From an uncultured Aliiroseovarius sp. (GTDB lineage Bacteria; Pseudomonadota; Alphaproteobacteria; Rhodobacterales; Rhodobacteraceae): DNA of 64,000 nt. The position numbers were made by a program, and so were the translations under genes. Location of the stretch: assembly GCA_964550345.1 (NCBI GenBank), contig CAZJYZ010000009.1, forward strand, positions 16,424 through 80,423. The letters are read 5' to 3'. The notes beneath the pieces are model-generated. The model did no database searches and had not been told where the DNA came from. It worked only from the letters and a program-made list of their open reading frames with translations. Below, one piece after another: positions 35,595 through 46,520 of this stretch; positions within the stretch are counted from its first letter, which is position 1; the number at the start of each line of letters is the position of its first letter.

Positions 35595-37118
35595 ATGACC
35601 GAACAGGATATCACCCTTGTACCCGGCGGGCCTGATCCCGTTGATCCCGTGTTCCGTTCGCAGCTCCTGATTGATGGCGCGTGGCTGGACAGCCTTTCCG
35701 GCGAGACTTTTCAACGCCACGCCCCATCGCACCAAACCCTCGTTTCAGTCACGCCCAGGGGTGGGACCGAAGACACAGAAATGGCAATTTCTGCCACCCG
35801 TGCGGCTTTCGACGATGGCCGCTGGTCTGACCTTTCGGGCAAGGACAGAGCCACGATCCTGTTGAAAACGGCGGATCTGATCGACCAGAACCGCACACGC
35901 ATTGCCCGTCTGGAAGTATTGGAAAGCGGCAAGCCGATTTCTCAGGCAGAGGCTGAGATTGAGGGGGCAGCAGACCTTTGGCGGTATGCAGCATCGCTGG
36001 CACGCACCCAACATGGGGACAGCCACAACACGCTGGGCAAGGACATGTTGGGGTTGGTGTTGAAAGAACCTGTTGGCGTCGTATCCATCATCACTCCGTG
36101 GAATTTCCCGTTTCTGATCTTGTCACAAAAACTGCCTTTTGCCCTGGCGGCTGGCTGCACTGCGGTTGTAAAGCCCTCTGAACTGACCCCTTCCACTGCG
36201 GCGATCCTCTGCGAATTGCTGGTTCAGGCAGGTTTGCCTGCCGGTGTGGTCAATCTGGTGCAGGGATTTGGAGACCCTGTTGGCGCCTTGATGAGCACCC
36301 ACCGGGATGTGGATATGGTCAGCTTCACCGGCTCGACCATAGTCGGCAAGGCCATAGCCCGTGCCACCTCGGACACCTTAAAAAAGGTCTCGTCCGAACT
36401 TGGCGGCAAGAACCCTCAGGTTCTGTTTGCGGATGCGGATCTGGACAGCGCCATCGACGCCATTGTCTTTGGGGTCTACTTCAACGCCGGCGAATGCTGC
36501 AATTCAGGCTCACGCATCATCGTGCACGAAGACATTGCGGCAGAAGTCACCACCCGCGTGGTTGAATTGTCAAAAAAGGTTACGTTCGGAGACCCCCTTA
36601 ATCCCGACACCAAAGTTGGTGCCATTATTTCGCCTGAGCATCGGCAAAAGGTGGATAATTACGTCAAGGTCGCTGTGCAGATGGGGGCTGAAGTGGCTCT
36701 TGGTGGTGAACCCATCAAGGTCGAAGGCCTTGCGGGCGAGTTTTATGCCCCCACCGTGGTTACAAATATCACCCCGGACATGCCGATTGCCACGGAAGAG
36801 GTGTTTGGCCCGGTTTTATCCGTCCTGACATTCCGGACGATGGACGAAGCGATAACCTTGGTGAACGATGCCAACTACGGCCTTTCGGCAGGCGTATGGA
36901 GCGAAAATGTCCATATCTGCCTTGAATTTGCCCGCCGCGCAAAGGCCGGGACAATCTGGACCAATACCTGGATGGACGGCTTTCCCGAACTGCCCTTTGG
37001 AGGCTTCAAGGAAAGCGGTCAGGGGCGTGAGCTTGGACAATATGGATTAGAAGAATTTCTTGAGGTGAAAACCGTGCAGATGCGGATCGGCAAAACGCGG
37101 GAGGCCTGGGTGGCATGA
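35595..37118 (+). CDS. NAD(P)-dependent aldehyde dehydrogenase
   Basis: ELGGKNP and the catalytic-Cys region FNAGECCNSGSR. 507 aa. Confidence 0.9.
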   Translation: MTEQDITLVPGGPDPVDPVFRSQLLIDGAWLDSLSGETFQRHAPSHQTLVSVTPRGGTEDTEMAISATRAAFDDGRWSDLSGKDRATILLKTADLIDQNRTRIARLEVLESGKPISQAEAEIEGAADLWRYAASLARTQHGDSHNTLGKDMLGLVLKEPVGVVSIITPWNFPFLILSQKLPFALAAGCTAVVKPSELTPSTAAILCELLVQAGLPAGVVNLVQGFGDPVGALMSTHRDVDMVSFTGSTIVGKAIARATSDTLKKVSSELGGKNPQVLFADADLDSAIDAIVFGVYFNAGECCNSGSRIIVHEDIAAEVTTRVVELSKKVTFGDPLNPDTKVGAIISPEHRQKVDNYVKVAVQMGAEVALGGEPIKVEGLAGEFYAPTVVTNITPDMPIATEEVFGPVLSVLTFRTMDEAITLVNDANYGLSAGVWSENVHICLEFARRAKAGTIWTNTWMDGFPELPFGGFKESGQGRELGQYGLEEFLEVKTVQMRIGKTREAWVA

Positions 37119-37132
37119 TACTCGCCTTCGCG

Positions 37133-38161
37133 TCAGATCTTTGGCCCCGGAACCGGTGGCAGGATAACCTGCAGGTCTTTGGCAGGAGCGCCCTCTATTC
37201 GCGCCAGCAACAACCGACCCATTTCAAGACCGGTCTGCCGCAAATCCTCAAAAACCGTTTCGATCCGTGGGCGAAGCTGGTCAAAAATCGGCGACGCGTG
37301 TTTGGCCAGAACGTCCACATCTCGCCCCGGAACAATACCACTATCATTCAGCGCAGCCAATGTGGACAGGGCGACAACCTCGCCCACACAAATGAAGCCG
37401 TCTGGCGGATTTGGCTGGGACATGCGACTCCGCAAATATTCCGAGATTTCCTGCGGCGTGCTTTCCATATCCACCGCATCCGGGATTTCAAAATCGATGC
37501 CGTGACGGCGAACAGCCGACATGAAGCCGTAATGCAAGTGTTGCGCGAAGGTAAAATCGTTCTTGGGCATGATGATCAACACACGTTTACGCCCCTTTTC
37601 GACAAGGCGGTCCACAGCCCAGCGGGCAAAGGCCTCGTTATCGAAATCAACAAAAGGGTGCGGGGTCGAGAATTCTGTCCGCCCGTGAGAAACGAAAGGA
37701 AAATCATTCTCGGTCAGGTATCTGACGCGGGGATCGAAACATTCCGTTCGGGTAAATATAACTCCATCCGCCAACTTGTTCCGCAAGATATGCCGGACAA
37801 CTTCAAGCCGGTCCTCGGACACGAAATCGGGTGTGATAGTCACCGAATAACCCGTGCCGCTAAGGGCTTCGGTAAAGCCCGCCAAAATCTCGCTGGAGAA
37901 ACCCAGGTATTCATGGTTCGTGTTCAGCAGCAGGCTGATCACCTTGGTGCGTCCGGTGCGCAGCCTCTGCGCAGCCCGGTCTGGCACATAACCCAGCTTC
38001 TCGGCCGTTTTAGCTATTTTTTCGCGGGTGCTTTTCGCAATACGGGGATCATTGGCAAGGGCGCGGGAAACAGTCGTTACGGCAAACCCCGAAGCCTCGG
38101 CAACAGTTCGCAAAGTTGGCCGGCCATTCGGCCTCGAGGTTTGGCGTTTTGGTCTGTCCAT
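37133..38161 (-). CDS. LacI-family transcriptional regulator
   Basis: N-terminal HTH PTLRTVAEASGFAVTTVSRALAND followed by a periplasmic-binding-protein-like effector domain. Confidence 0.9.
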   Translation of the reverse strand: MDRPKRQTSRPNGRPTLRTVAEASGFAVTTVSRALANDPRIAKSTREKIAKTAEKLGYVPDRAAQRLRTGRTKVISLLLNTNHEYLGFSSEILAGFTEALSGTGYSVTITPDFVSEDRLEVVRHILRNKLADGVIFTRTECFDPRVRYLTENDFPFVSHGRTEFSTPHPFVDFDNEAFARWAVDRLVEKGRKRVLIIMPKNDFTFAQHLHYGFMSAVRRHGIDFEIPDAVDMESTPQEISEYLRSRMSQPNPPDGFICVGEVVALSTLAALNDSGIVPGRDVDVLAKHASPIFDQLRPRIETVFEDLRQTGLEMGRLLLARIEGAPAKDLQVILPPVPGPKI

Positions 38162-38330
38162 CGTGATTCTTCTGTTTCCTCGGATTCGCTGACAGAATAC
38201 GCAAAAACTTTAAAACGATGCAATAGAACAGGTGAATTACGAGATACTGAAAACCGAAAACACAAAAAAACACTTATTTTTCAACAAATATTGAGGCAGG
38301 AAAGAAACGGTGTATTGACAGGCTAACGAG

Positions 38331-38344
38331 TTGTAACGTTATAA
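38331..38344. promoter_or_regulatory. Near-palindromic LacI-type operator TTGTAACGTTATAA overlapping the candidate promoter of the sugar ABC operon
   Basis: TTGACA at 38315-38320. The operator and -10-like TTATAA/TATAAA start 18-19 nt later. Located in the divergent region between lacI (37133-38161) and the SBP gene (38392). Confidence 0.45.
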
Positions 38345-38391
38345 ATCTGAAGTTCCATCTGGGACGAATCGGTCAAAAGGGAGGTATACCA

Positions 38392-39639
38392 ATGACCATC
38401 TATAAAAATCTGAAAATGTCGGCCGCGGCTCTTGCCATGATGGCAGGCACTGCTTCTGCCGGAGATGTAGAGGTTCTGCACTGGTGGACATCCGGTGGGG
38501 AAGCTGCCGCGCTGAACGTGCTCAAGGGCGACCTTGAAGGCAAAGGCATCGGCTGGGCCGATATGCCGGTTGCAGGTGGTGGCGGTGAAAGCGCCATGAC
38601 CGTTCTGCGTGCCCGTGTTACTGCTGGCAACCCGCCAACAGCCGTACAGATGCTTGGTTTTGATATTCTTGACTGGGCTGAAGAAGGCGCACTGGCTGAC
38701 CTTAATGCGGTTGCTGCCGAAGAAGGCTGGGACGATGTTGTTCCTGCAGCACTCCAGTTCTTTGCCAAGCATGACGGTAAGTGGATTTCTGCACCAGTGA
38801 ACGTACACTCGACCAACTGGGTGTGGGCGAACAAGAAAATCCTGGATGATCTGGGCATCGCTCAGCCAACCACATGGGACGAGTTCGTTGCAGCCATGCA
38901 GGCGGTGCAGGATGCAGGCCTTGTGGCTCTGGCCCATGGTGGCCAAGCCTGGCAGGAAGCCACGGTATTTGACGGTGTGGCAATGTCGGCCGGTGGTGCT
39001 GACTTCTATCAGGCAGCCTTTATCGACCTTGATCCGGACGCTCTGTCCGGAGACGCAATGGCCGAAACATTCAACCGTATGGCAACCCTGCGTGGTTTTG
39101 TGGATGAAAACTTCTCGGGTCGTGACTGGAACCTGGCCTCGGCCATGGTCATCAACGGCGAAGCCGCTTTCCAGATCATGGGCGACTGGGCCAAGGGTGA
39201 ATTCCTGAATGCTGGCAAAGTACCGGGCGAAGACTTCCTGTGCTTCCGCGTGCCGGGATCAGGCGGTACCGTGACCTTCAACTCGGACCAGTTCGCAATG
39301 TTTGCGGGCGACGCCGGAGCGGCAGCGGATCAGGGTGAACTTGCCCGTTCGATCATGTCACCTTCGTTCCAGTCTGCGTTTAACGTGGTCAAAGGATCCG
39401 TTCCAGCCCGTACGGACGTTCCGAACGACGCCTTTGACGCTTGCGGCAAGCAGGGTATGGCTGATCTGGCGGCGGCTGCTTCCAGCGGCAACCTGTTTGG
39501 CTCCATGGCCCACGGCCACGCCAACCGTGCCTCGGTCAAGAATGCGATGTATGATGTCATCACAGCGCATTTCAACGGCGAGTATGACGCGGCAACTGCC
39601 GTAGACGAAATGGCTGACGCTGTTTCGATCGCTCAGTAA
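38392..39639 (+). CDS. CUT1-family carbohydrate ABC transporter substrate-binding protein (glucose/mannose GtsA-like)
   Basis: Signal peptide [23 protein letters not shown]. The [15 protein letters not shown] motif is characteristic of GtsA-type binding proteins as I recall them. Confidence 0.8.
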   Translation: MTIYKNLKMSAAALAMMAGTASAGDVEVLHWWTSGGEAAALNVLKGDLEGKGIGWADMPVAGGGGESAMTVLRARVTAGNPPTAVQMLGFDILDWAEEGALADLNAVAAEEGWDDVVPAALQFFAKHDGKWISAPVNVHSTNWVWANKKILDDLGIAQPTTWDEFVAAMQAVQDAGLVALAHGGQAWQEATVFDGVAMSAGGADFYQAAFIDLDPDALSGDAMAETFNRMATLRGFVDENFSGRDWNLASAMVINGEAAFQIMGDWAKGEFLNAGKVPGEDFLCFRVPGSGGTVTFNSDQFAMFAGDAGAAADQGELARSIMSPSFQSAFNVVKGSVPARTDVPNDAFDACGKQGMADLAAAASSGNLFGSMAHGHANRASVKNAMYDVITAHFNGEYDAATAVDEMADAVSIAQ

Positions 39640-39709
39640 GTCACGGAAATCTAAAGTCGGGGGCGCACACCCGCCCCCGACACCACTTTGAAGAAAGAGA
39701 GGCAGCGCG

Positions 39710-40606
39710 ATGACACAGCGTGTCATGGAAACTGATTTCAGAACGCGATTGCAGCATTGGATCCCCAAACTGGTCCTGTCGCCATCCCTCGCGCTGATCC
39801 TTTTGTTTGTTTACGGATTTATCTTGTTCTCGGTTTACCTGTCTTTCACCGACAGCCGGATTTTACCAAGCTTCGGCTGGGTAGGTTTTGAAAACTACGA
39901 AAAACTATTCCGCCTGCGTCATTGGGACATTGCGGTAACAAACCTTGCCGTATTCGGCATATGCTACATTGCAATCTGCACAGTAATCGGCCTGTCTCTC
40001 GCAATCCTGCTGGACCAGAAAATCCGTGGCGAAGGGTTGCTGCGCCCTATTTACCTTTATCCAATGGCGCTGAGCTTCATTGTAACGGGCACGGCCTGGA
40101 AATGGTTCCTGGACCCCGGTATCGGGCTGGAACACACAATGCATCTTTGGGGCTGGGAAAGCTTCGACTTCGACTGGATCAAAAACCGGGATTTCGCGAT
40201 TTACACCGTGGTACTAGCCGCCGTTTGGCAGTCGAGCGGTTTCGTCATGGCGATGTTTCTGGCGGGTTTGCGCGGCATCGACAATGAGATTTTGAAAGCG
40301 GCGCAAATGGACGGGGCTTCAAACTTCAGCCTCTATCGCCGCATCATCATACCGCAGTTGCGCCCCGCTTTTCTGTCGGCCTTCGTCATCCTCAGCCATC
40401 TGGCAATCAAGTCCTATGACCTTGTGATTGCCCTGACAGGCGGCGGTCCCGGGCGCGCCACGGAAGTGCCCGCGACGTTCATGTATTCCTACACCTTCAC
40501 ACGCAACCAGATGGGGATTGGTGCGAGCTCAGCCGTGATCATGCTGATGACAATTGCCGCCATCATGGTGCCCTATCTTTATGCCGAATTGCGGGAGAAG
40601 AAATAA
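39710..40606 (+). CDS. Carbohydrate ABC transporter permease (MalF/UgpA-like)
   Basis: Six-TMS layout. EAA-loop region EILKAAQMDGASNFSLYRRIIIPQLRP. Confidence 0.85.
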   Translation: MTQRVMETDFRTRLQHWIPKLVLSPSLALILLFVYGFILFSVYLSFTDSRILPSFGWVGFENYEKLFRLRHWDIAVTNLAVFGICYIAICTVIGLSLAILLDQKIRGEGLLRPIYLYPMALSFIVTGTAWKWFLDPGIGLEHTMHLWGWESFDFDWIKNRDFAIYTVVLAAVWQSSGFVMAMFLAGLRGIDNEILKAAQMDGASNFSLYRRIIIPQLRPAFLSAFVILSHLAIKSYDLVIALTGGGPGRATEVPATFMYSYTFTRNQMGIGASSAVIMLMTIAAIMVPYLYAELREKK

Positions 40607-41487
40607 TGTCTGTCGCCTCTCAGGATACCGCCATTCGCACCGGACGCGTCACCCGGACGCTAATCTATCTTGTCCTTTTGCTGTTCGCATTGTTTTACCT
40701 GCTGCCTTTTGGCGTCATGGTCATCAACTCGGTCAAGCCGCTCGAAGAGATCACTGGTGGCAACATGATGTCGCTGCCGCAAGCCTGGACCATCGAGCCC
40801 TGGCTGAAAGCCTGGGCCACGGCCCAGATCGGTGTCGACCCGACCGGGTTGAAGCCTTACTTCTGGAACTCGATCAAGATGGTGGCCCCTGCCGTTGCCA
40901 TTTCAACCATCCTTGGCGCACTCAACGGCTATGTGCTAACCAAATGGCGTTTTCGCGGGGATACGATCCTGTTTGGGCTGATGCTGTTTGCCTGCTTCAT
41001 CCCGTTCCAGATCGTGCTGATCCCGATGGCGCGGGTGCTTGGGATCGCCGGGCTTGCCGGGTCAACCAGCGGGCTGGTTCTGGTGCATGTGGTCTATGGC
41101 CTCGGTTTCACCACGCTCTACTTCAAGAACTATTATCAGGTCTTCCCAACCGAGCTGATCCGCGCAGCGCAGATCGACGGAGCGGGCTTTTTCCGCATCT
41201 TCTGGCGTATCCTACTGCCAAGTTCAGGGCCGATCATAGTTGTCAGCGTAATCTGGCAGTTCACTAATATCTGGAATGACTTCCTGTTCGGCGCGTCTTT
41301 TGCCGACCTTGACAGCCAGCCAATGACCGTGGCGCTGAACAATCTGGTTCAGTCTTCAACCGGCGTCAAAGAATACAACGTTCACTTCGCGGGTGCCATT
41401 TTGGCCGCCCTCCCCACTCTCCTGGTTTACATCGTAGCCGGACGCTACTTCGTGCGCGGTCTTATGGCCGGCTCGGTGAAAGGATAA
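40606..41487 (+). CDS. Carbohydrate ABC transporter permease (MalG/UgpE-like)
   Basis: EAA loop [27 protein letters not shown]. 1-nt overlap with the preceding permease gene. Confidence 0.85.
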   Translation: MSVASQDTAIRTGRVTRTLIYLVLLLFALFYLLPFGVMVINSVKPLEEITGGNMMSLPQAWTIEPWLKAWATAQIGVDPTGLKPYFWNSIKMVAPAVAISTILGALNGYVLTKWRFRGDTILFGLMLFACFIPFQIVLIPMARVLGIAGLAGSTSGLVLVHVVYGLGFTTLYFKNYYQVFPTELIRAAQIDGAGFFRIFWRILLPSSGPIIVVSVIWQFTNIWNDFLFGASFADLDSQPMTVALNNLVQSSTGVKEYNVHFAGAILAALPTLLVYIVAGRYFVRGLMAGSVKG

Positions 41488-41491
41488 TCAC

Positions 41492-42607
41492 ATGAGTTTT
41501 CTTAAAATTGACAACGCAACAAAATCCTACGGTGCGGTCGAAGTGCTTCACAAGGTCGATATCGACGTCGAAGAAGGCGAGTTTCTGGTGCTGGTCGGCC
41601 CTTCGGGTTGCGGCAAATCCACCCTTCTGAACATGATCGCGGGGCTTGAGGATATCACCTCGGGCGAGGTTTCGATCCGTGATCGGATTGTTAACGGCGT
41701 GCACCCCTCCAAACGCAACATTGCGATGGTTTTCCAGTCCTACGCGCTCTACCCGAATATGAGTGTCGGTCAGAACATCACCTTCGGGCTGGAAATGCAC
41801 AAAGTGTCAAAACCCGAACGGGAAAAGGCTTTGCAGGATGTTGCGAAACTCTTGCAAATCGAAGACCTGTTGGGGCGCAAACCCGGCCAGCTTTCCGGGG
41901 GTCAGCGCCAGCGGGTGGCAATGGGCCGCGCTCTGGTCCGTAACCCCGATGTCTTCCTGTTTGACGAACCGCTCTCGAACCTCGACGCCAAGCTGAGGGT
42001 CGATATGCGCACCGAAATCAAGAAGCTGCACCAGAAACTGGGAACCACTATTGTTTACGTCACCCATGACCAAATCGAGGCACTGACGTTATCTACACGG
42101 ATTGCCGTAATGAACGGTGGCTATATCCAGCAATTGGGGACGGCCCGCGAAATCTATGACACGCCTGCAAATTTGTTCGTAGCCAGCTTCATGGGCTCGC
42201 CATCAATGAACCTGCTTCGCGTGCGGCTTAAGGTTGAAGGCGACGCAGCATTTGCCGAAACCACAACCGGAACAGGTGACAATATCCGGCTGGAGTTTCC
42301 AGAGCCCAGCGCTGAACTTAAATCCCATGACGGGCAGGAAATTATGTTGGGCATCCGGCCTGAGGCGATGACGGATCCTGACAGTTCCGACAGGCATTCA
42401 ACCCATATCGAGGTTATTGAAAATGTGGTTGAAGTTACCGAACCAGCCGGGTCGGACACGTTTGTTACCACAAAACTGGGCGGCAAGGAATGTATCGCCC
42501 GCATGCGTGCAGATGCAGATGTAATGGTTGGCCAGAATGTTAAATTTGCCATTAACATGGAGAAGGCTGTGCCATTTAACCCGAAAAGCGAAGAGCGCAT
42601 TGCCTGA
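41492..42607 (+). CDS. Carbohydrate ABC transporter ATP-binding protein (MalK/UgpC-like)
   Basis: Walker [10 protein letters not shown], signature [10 protein letters not shown], Walker B VFLFDEP, and a C-terminal regulatory (TOBE-like) domain. Confidence 0.9.
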   Translation: MSFLKIDNATKSYGAVEVLHKVDIDVEEGEFLVLVGPSGCGKSTLLNMIAGLEDITSGEVSIRDRIVNGVHPSKRNIAMVFQSYALYPNMSVGQNITFGLEMHKVSKPEREKALQDVAKLLQIEDLLGRKPGQLSGGQRQRVAMGRALVRNPDVFLFDEPLSNLDAKLRVDMRTEIKKLHQKLGTTIVYVTHDQIEALTLSTRIAVMNGGYIQQLGTAREIYDTPANLFVASFMGSPSMNLLRVRLKVEGDAAFAETTTGTGDNIRLEFPEPSAELKSHDGQEIMLGIRPEAMTDPDSSDRHSTHIEVIENVVEVTEPAGSDTFVTTKLGGKECIARMRADADVMVGQNVKFAINMEKAVPFNPKSEERIA

Positions 42608-42654
42608 AGCGCAACCGGGTCGTCAAAAATCAACAAGGGCAAAGCTACTGCGGG

Positions 42655-44157
42655 ATGTCAAATCAACCGGATATCGTAATCATTGGCTCAGGCATGGGCG
42701 GCGCCACTCTGGCGGCAGCGCTGGCGCCGTCAGGACACTCGATTCTCATCCTTGAAAAAGGTGAAGCGCTGCGGGACATCCCGCAGGCACGCGACGATAA
42801 CGCTATATTCCGGGACGGTTACTTCAGGCCTGATGAAGAATGGCTGGATGGATCCGACACGCCCTTTAACCCAGGCAATTATTACTGCGTGGGAGGAAAT
42901 TCAAAGTTCTATGGCGCTGTGCTTTTGCGTTATCGCAAGGAAGATTTTGCAGAGCTGGCGCATCTCGGTGGAATTTCCCCGGCCTGGCCTGTTTCTTACG
43001 ATGAATTTGAACCCTGGTATCAGGCCGCAGAAGAGTTATTTCAGGTCCGTGGCAACCTGTCCGAGGACCCCAGCGAACCACCGCATTCCGGCGCTTATCC
43101 ATATCCTCCCGTGCCGAATGAAGCGTCGATTGCACATGTACGCCAGTCGCTGATCAGGGCCGGGGTGACGCCGTCATCGCTACCTCTTGCGGTTGATATT
43201 GACGGCTGGCTGGAGCGTGGTCAGACACCATGGGACGCCTTCCCGGATACGACCGGTGCCAAAGGGGACGCACAGACAGCTCCCCTTGCCATGGCACTTG
43301 AGTACGCAAACGTAACCCTTGCCACCGGAGCCGAAGTAACGCGGCTTGAAACAGGTAAAGACAACCGGATTACTGCAATCAAATACAGGCAAGGCGATAC
43401 ATACCGCGAAGTGGCTCCAAAACTGGTTATTCTGGCTGCAGGCGCGGTAAACACAGCGGCTTTGCTGCTCAGTTCTGCCAACGAAGGGAACCCGACCGGA
43501 CTGGCCAACAGCTCAGACATGGTTGGTCGCAATTTCATGAACCACAATTGTTCGGCAGTCCTTGCCCTCAACCCACTGCGCCGCAACGACGCCATTTACC
43601 AAAAGACCCTGCAGTTCAACGATTTCTACCTTGGAGGCGGCCCCGAAAACATGCCGCTTGGAAATGTCCAATTACTGGGAAAAATCTCGGGGAACATTCT
43701 TGCGGCAACCTCCCCCCTGCCTGGGTTTCTGGCAAGGTGGATCGCACGTCATTCTGTGGATTGGTATGTGATGAGCGAAGACCTACCGGACCCCGACAGC
43801 CGGGTGACGCTTGTGGGCGATAAGGTAAAACTGGACTGGAAACGCTCAAACTGGGCAACACACAAGGCCCTGGTACGCCGGGCTAAGTCCGTGTTCCGAA
43901 AGGCGGGATGTCCGTTGGTGGTCTCACAGGCCTTTGACCGCAAAACCCCCTCACACCAATGTGGCACGGCGCGTTTTGGTGCGGATCCGCACGCAAATGT
44001 GCTCGATCTGTATTGCCGTGCCCATGATCACGAAAACCTATTTGTTGTCGATGCCAGCTTTCTGCCTTGTTCAGCGGCCGTGAACCCCGCTTTGACAATC
44101 GCTGCGCAAGCCTTGCGCGTCGGCAAACACATCACTGACAGGAGGCTGGCGGCATGA
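42655..44157 (+). CDS. GMC-family FAD-dependent oxidoreductase (500 aa)
   Basis: IVIIGSGMGGATLA dinucleotide fold and C-terminal active-site region PSHQCGTARFG...FVVDASFLP. Confidence 0.8.
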   Translation: MSNQPDIVIIGSGMGGATLAAALAPSGHSILILEKGEALRDIPQARDDNAIFRDGYFRPDEEWLDGSDTPFNPGNYYCVGGNSKFYGAVLLRYRKEDFAELAHLGGISPAWPVSYDEFEPWYQAAEELFQVRGNLSEDPSEPPHSGAYPYPPVPNEASIAHVRQSLIRAGVTPSSLPLAVDIDGWLERGQTPWDAFPDTTGAKGDAQTAPLAMALEYANVTLATGAEVTRLETGKDNRITAIKYRQGDTYREVAPKLVILAAGAVNTAALLLSSANEGNPTGLANSSDMVGRNFMNHNCSAVLALNPLRRNDAIYQKTLQFNDFYLGGGPENMPLGNVQLLGKISGNILAATSPLPGFLARWIARHSVDWYVMSEDLPDPDSRVTLVGDKVKLDWKRSNWATHKALVRRAKSVFRKAGCPLVVSQAFDRKTPSHQCGTARFGADPHANVLDLYCRAHDHENLFVVDASFLPCSAAVNPALTIAAQALRVGKHITDRRLAA

Positions 44158-44915
44158 CTAAACTGGCATTGATAACCGGTGGGCAGAAGGGCATCGGACT
44201 GGGCATTGCCCGCGCACTTGTGGCTGATGGCTGGGCGCTGGCCATTGCGTCGTCGTCGGACACCAAGCGCGAGGATGTTGGCGCAGCTCTAGACGAGCTA
44301 GGCTCAAAGGCGCGCTATTACCAACACGACCTGCGGCGCGTCGATGCCATCCCTGCCCTGCTGGACCAAATAGAAGCGGATCAGGGTCAAATCTCGAGCC
44401 TGATCAGCAATGCAGGTGTGCCTGCCAAAATACGCGGGGACATGTTGGAAATGTTGCCGGAAAACTATGATTTCACCATGGATATCAACCTGAAAGGAGC
44501 CTTCTTTCTGTCACAGGCCGTGGCGCGCAGGATGGTTGAGGCCAAGGCTCCACCCCACTATCGCTCAATCACTTTCGTCACTTCTGTCAGCGCCGCAATG
44601 GTTTCGGTCGAGCGCGCCGAATACTGTATTTCAAAGGCAGGTGCCGGCATGATGGCGCAGCTATTTGCGGCGCGTCTGGCCGGGGACGGCATCGGTGTGT
44701 TTGAACTACGCCCGGGCATCATCGAAACCGGCATGACCGAAGGTGTCAAAGACAAATACACTCCCAGAATCGAAGGCGGGCTGGTTCCCGCGGCGCGCTG
44801 GGGACAACCCGCCGATATCGGGGCCACAATCGTGCCGCTTGTATCCGGGCAATTCTCATTTGCGAACGGCGCTGTCATCCCCGTGGATGGCGGCCTGTCC
44901 ATCCACAGACTTTAG
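44154..44915 (+). CDS. Short-chain dehydrogenase/reductase (SDR)
   Basis: TGGQKGIGLGIA cofactor motif and the catalytic YxxxK (EYCISKAG). 4-nt overlap with the upstream GMC gene. Confidence 0.9.
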   Translation: MTKLALITGGQKGIGLGIARALVADGWALAIASSSDTKREDVGAALDELGSKARYYQHDLRRVDAIPALLDQIEADQGQISSLISNAGVPAKIRGDMLEMLPENYDFTMDINLKGAFFLSQAVARRMVEAKAPPHYRSITFVTSVSAAMVSVERAEYCISKAGAGMMAQLFAARLAGDGIGVFELRPGIIETGMTEGVKDKYTPRIEGGLVPAARWGQPADIGATIVPLVSGQFSFANGAVIPVDGGLSIHRL

Positions 44916-44924
44916 GGGGATAAA

Positions 44925-46520
44925 ATGGCAAAAGGCTATGATTTCATCATTGTTGGAGGCGGCTCGGCAGGCAGTGTTCTGGCCGCGCGCCTGAGTGAAG
45001 ACCCCGAGGCCCAGGTGCTGTTGCTTGAGGCCGGCGGCACTGACTGGCACCCATTTTACAAGATGCCCGCAGGTTTTGCCAAAATGACCAAAGGCATAGG
45101 ATCATGGGGTTGGCACACGGTCCCGCAAAAACACATGAACGACATGGTGATCCGCTTCACCCAGGCCAAAGTCCTTGGCGGTGGCTCCACCGTGAACGCC
45201 CAGATTTATACCCGTGGCAACCGGCTGGACTATGACGAATGGCGCCAGATGGGCTGTGACGGCTGGAGCTATGACGACGTTTTGCCCTACTTCCGGAAGT
45301 CCGAAGACAACGACAGTTTCGATAACGAGTTTCATGCCAAGGGTGGCCCCATGGGGGTCAGCCAGCCGCGCGCGCCTTTACCGATATGCGAGGCGTATTT
45401 TGAGGCCGCTGGTCAACTCGGCATGCCGCGCAACGCGGACATGACCGGCGCCAGTCAGGACGGGGTCGGCTATTACCAGCTAACCCAGCGTAATGCCTTG
45501 CGGTCTTCCGCCTCGGTAGCCTTTCTGAAATCCGCCCGAAAGCGCCCCAACCTGACAATCCGCACCGGGATTCAGGTGTTGCGCATTCTGGTTGAAAACG
45601 GCGTGGCTCGTGGGGTCGAGCTTGCCCAAGGCAGCGGTGTGGAAACCGTTGTTGCGGATAGCGAGGTTATCTTGTCCTCCGGCGCCATCGGTTCACCCCG
45701 ATTGCTGCAACTTTCCGGCATTGGCCCGGCGGATCACCTGCAAAGCATTGGCATAGACGTAGTGCTGGATCAGCCGGAAGTGGGTACCAATCTACAAGAT
45801 CATCTGGACCTGTTCACCATCTCTGAATGCACCGGCGATCACACCTATGACAAATATGCCAAGCTGCATTGGTCGGCCGTGGCGGGACTGCAATATCTGT
45901 TGACCAAGAGGGGTCCCGTTGCCTCGAGCCTGTTTGAAACCGGAGGTTTTTGGTATCTTGAAGAAGGCGCGCGCTCACCCGATGTGCAGTTCCACCTTGG
46001 GCTTGGTTCGGGCATCGAAGCGGGGGTCGATAAAATGCGCCATTCCGGCGTAACGCTGAATTCGGCATATCTGCGCCCACGCTCGCGCGGAACGGTACGC
46101 CTTGCCAGCAATGACCCGAACACGCCGCCTCTTTTAGATCCGAATTACTGGGCGGACCCCCATGACCGGGAAATGTCCATACGCGGCCTTAAACTGGTGC
46201 AGGAGATAATGCGTCAGGATGCGCTCAAACCATATGTGTTGCGGGAAATTCTGCCGGGACCAGACGTGCAGACGGATGATGACTATTTCAACTATGCCTG
46301 TGCCAATTCCAAAACCGACCACCACCCCGCCGGCACCTGCCGGATGGGGGCCGATGATGGCTCGGTCGTGGACCCACGTTTAAATTTCCGTGGGATAAAC
46401 AATTTGCGGGTGGTCGATGCCTCGATCATGCCGCGGCTTATATCCTCAAACACCAATGCGCCGACCATCATGATTGCCGAGAAAGCGGCGGACATGATCA
46501 AGGCCGATCATGCAATGTGA
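44925..46520 (+). CDS. GMC-family oxidoreductase, choline-dehydrogenase-like (531 aa)
   Basis: YDFIIVGGGSAGSVLAARLSEDP...LLLEAGG and C-terminal HPAGTCRMG...RVVDASIMP. Confidence 0.85.
   Translation: MAKGYDFIIVGGGSAGSVLAARLSEDPEAQVLLLEAGGTDWHPFYKMPAGFAKMTKGIGSWGWHTVPQKHMNDMVIRFTQAKVLGGGSTVNAQIYTRGNRLDYDEWRQMGCDGWSYDDVLPYFRKSEDNDSFDNEFHAKGGPMGVSQPRAPLPICEAYFEAAGQLGMPRNADMTGASQDGVGYYQLTQRNALRSSASVAFLKSARKRPNLTIRTGIQVLRILVENGVARGVELAQGSGVETVVADSEVILSSGAIGSPRLLQLSGIGPADHLQSIGIDVVLDQPEVGTNLQDHLDLFTISECTGDHTYDKYAKLHWSAVAGLQYLLTKRGPVASSLFETGGFWYLEEGARSPDVQFHLGLGSGIEAGVDKMRHSGVTLNSAYLRPRSRGTVRLASNDPNTPPLLDPNYWADPHDREMSIRGLKLVQEIMRQDALKPYVLREILPGPDVQTDDDYFNYACANSKTDHHPAGTCRMGADDGSVVDPRLNFRGINNLRVVDASIMPRLISSNTNAPTIMIAEKAADMIKADHAM

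Noticed and set aside
37115-38326. 403-aa plus-strand ORF. Similar long antisense ORFs occur at 17222-18256 (+), 28944-29771 (+), 23823-24620 (+), 33513-34217 (-), 2030-2746 (-) and 38323-38946 (-).
   Set aside because: Each lies entirely antisense to a gene with clear family motifs (LacI, TctC, Mo alpha, flavoprotein, CoA-transferase, kinase, SBP). Their translations are Arg/Pro/Gly-rich with no recognisable domain. They are typical shadow ORFs of GC-rich coding DNA.
40554-41267. 237-aa ORF in an alternative frame across the two sugar permease genes.
   Set aside because: It overlaps two permeases that have clear EAA loops. Its translation is Arg/His/Pro-rich and not membrane-like.
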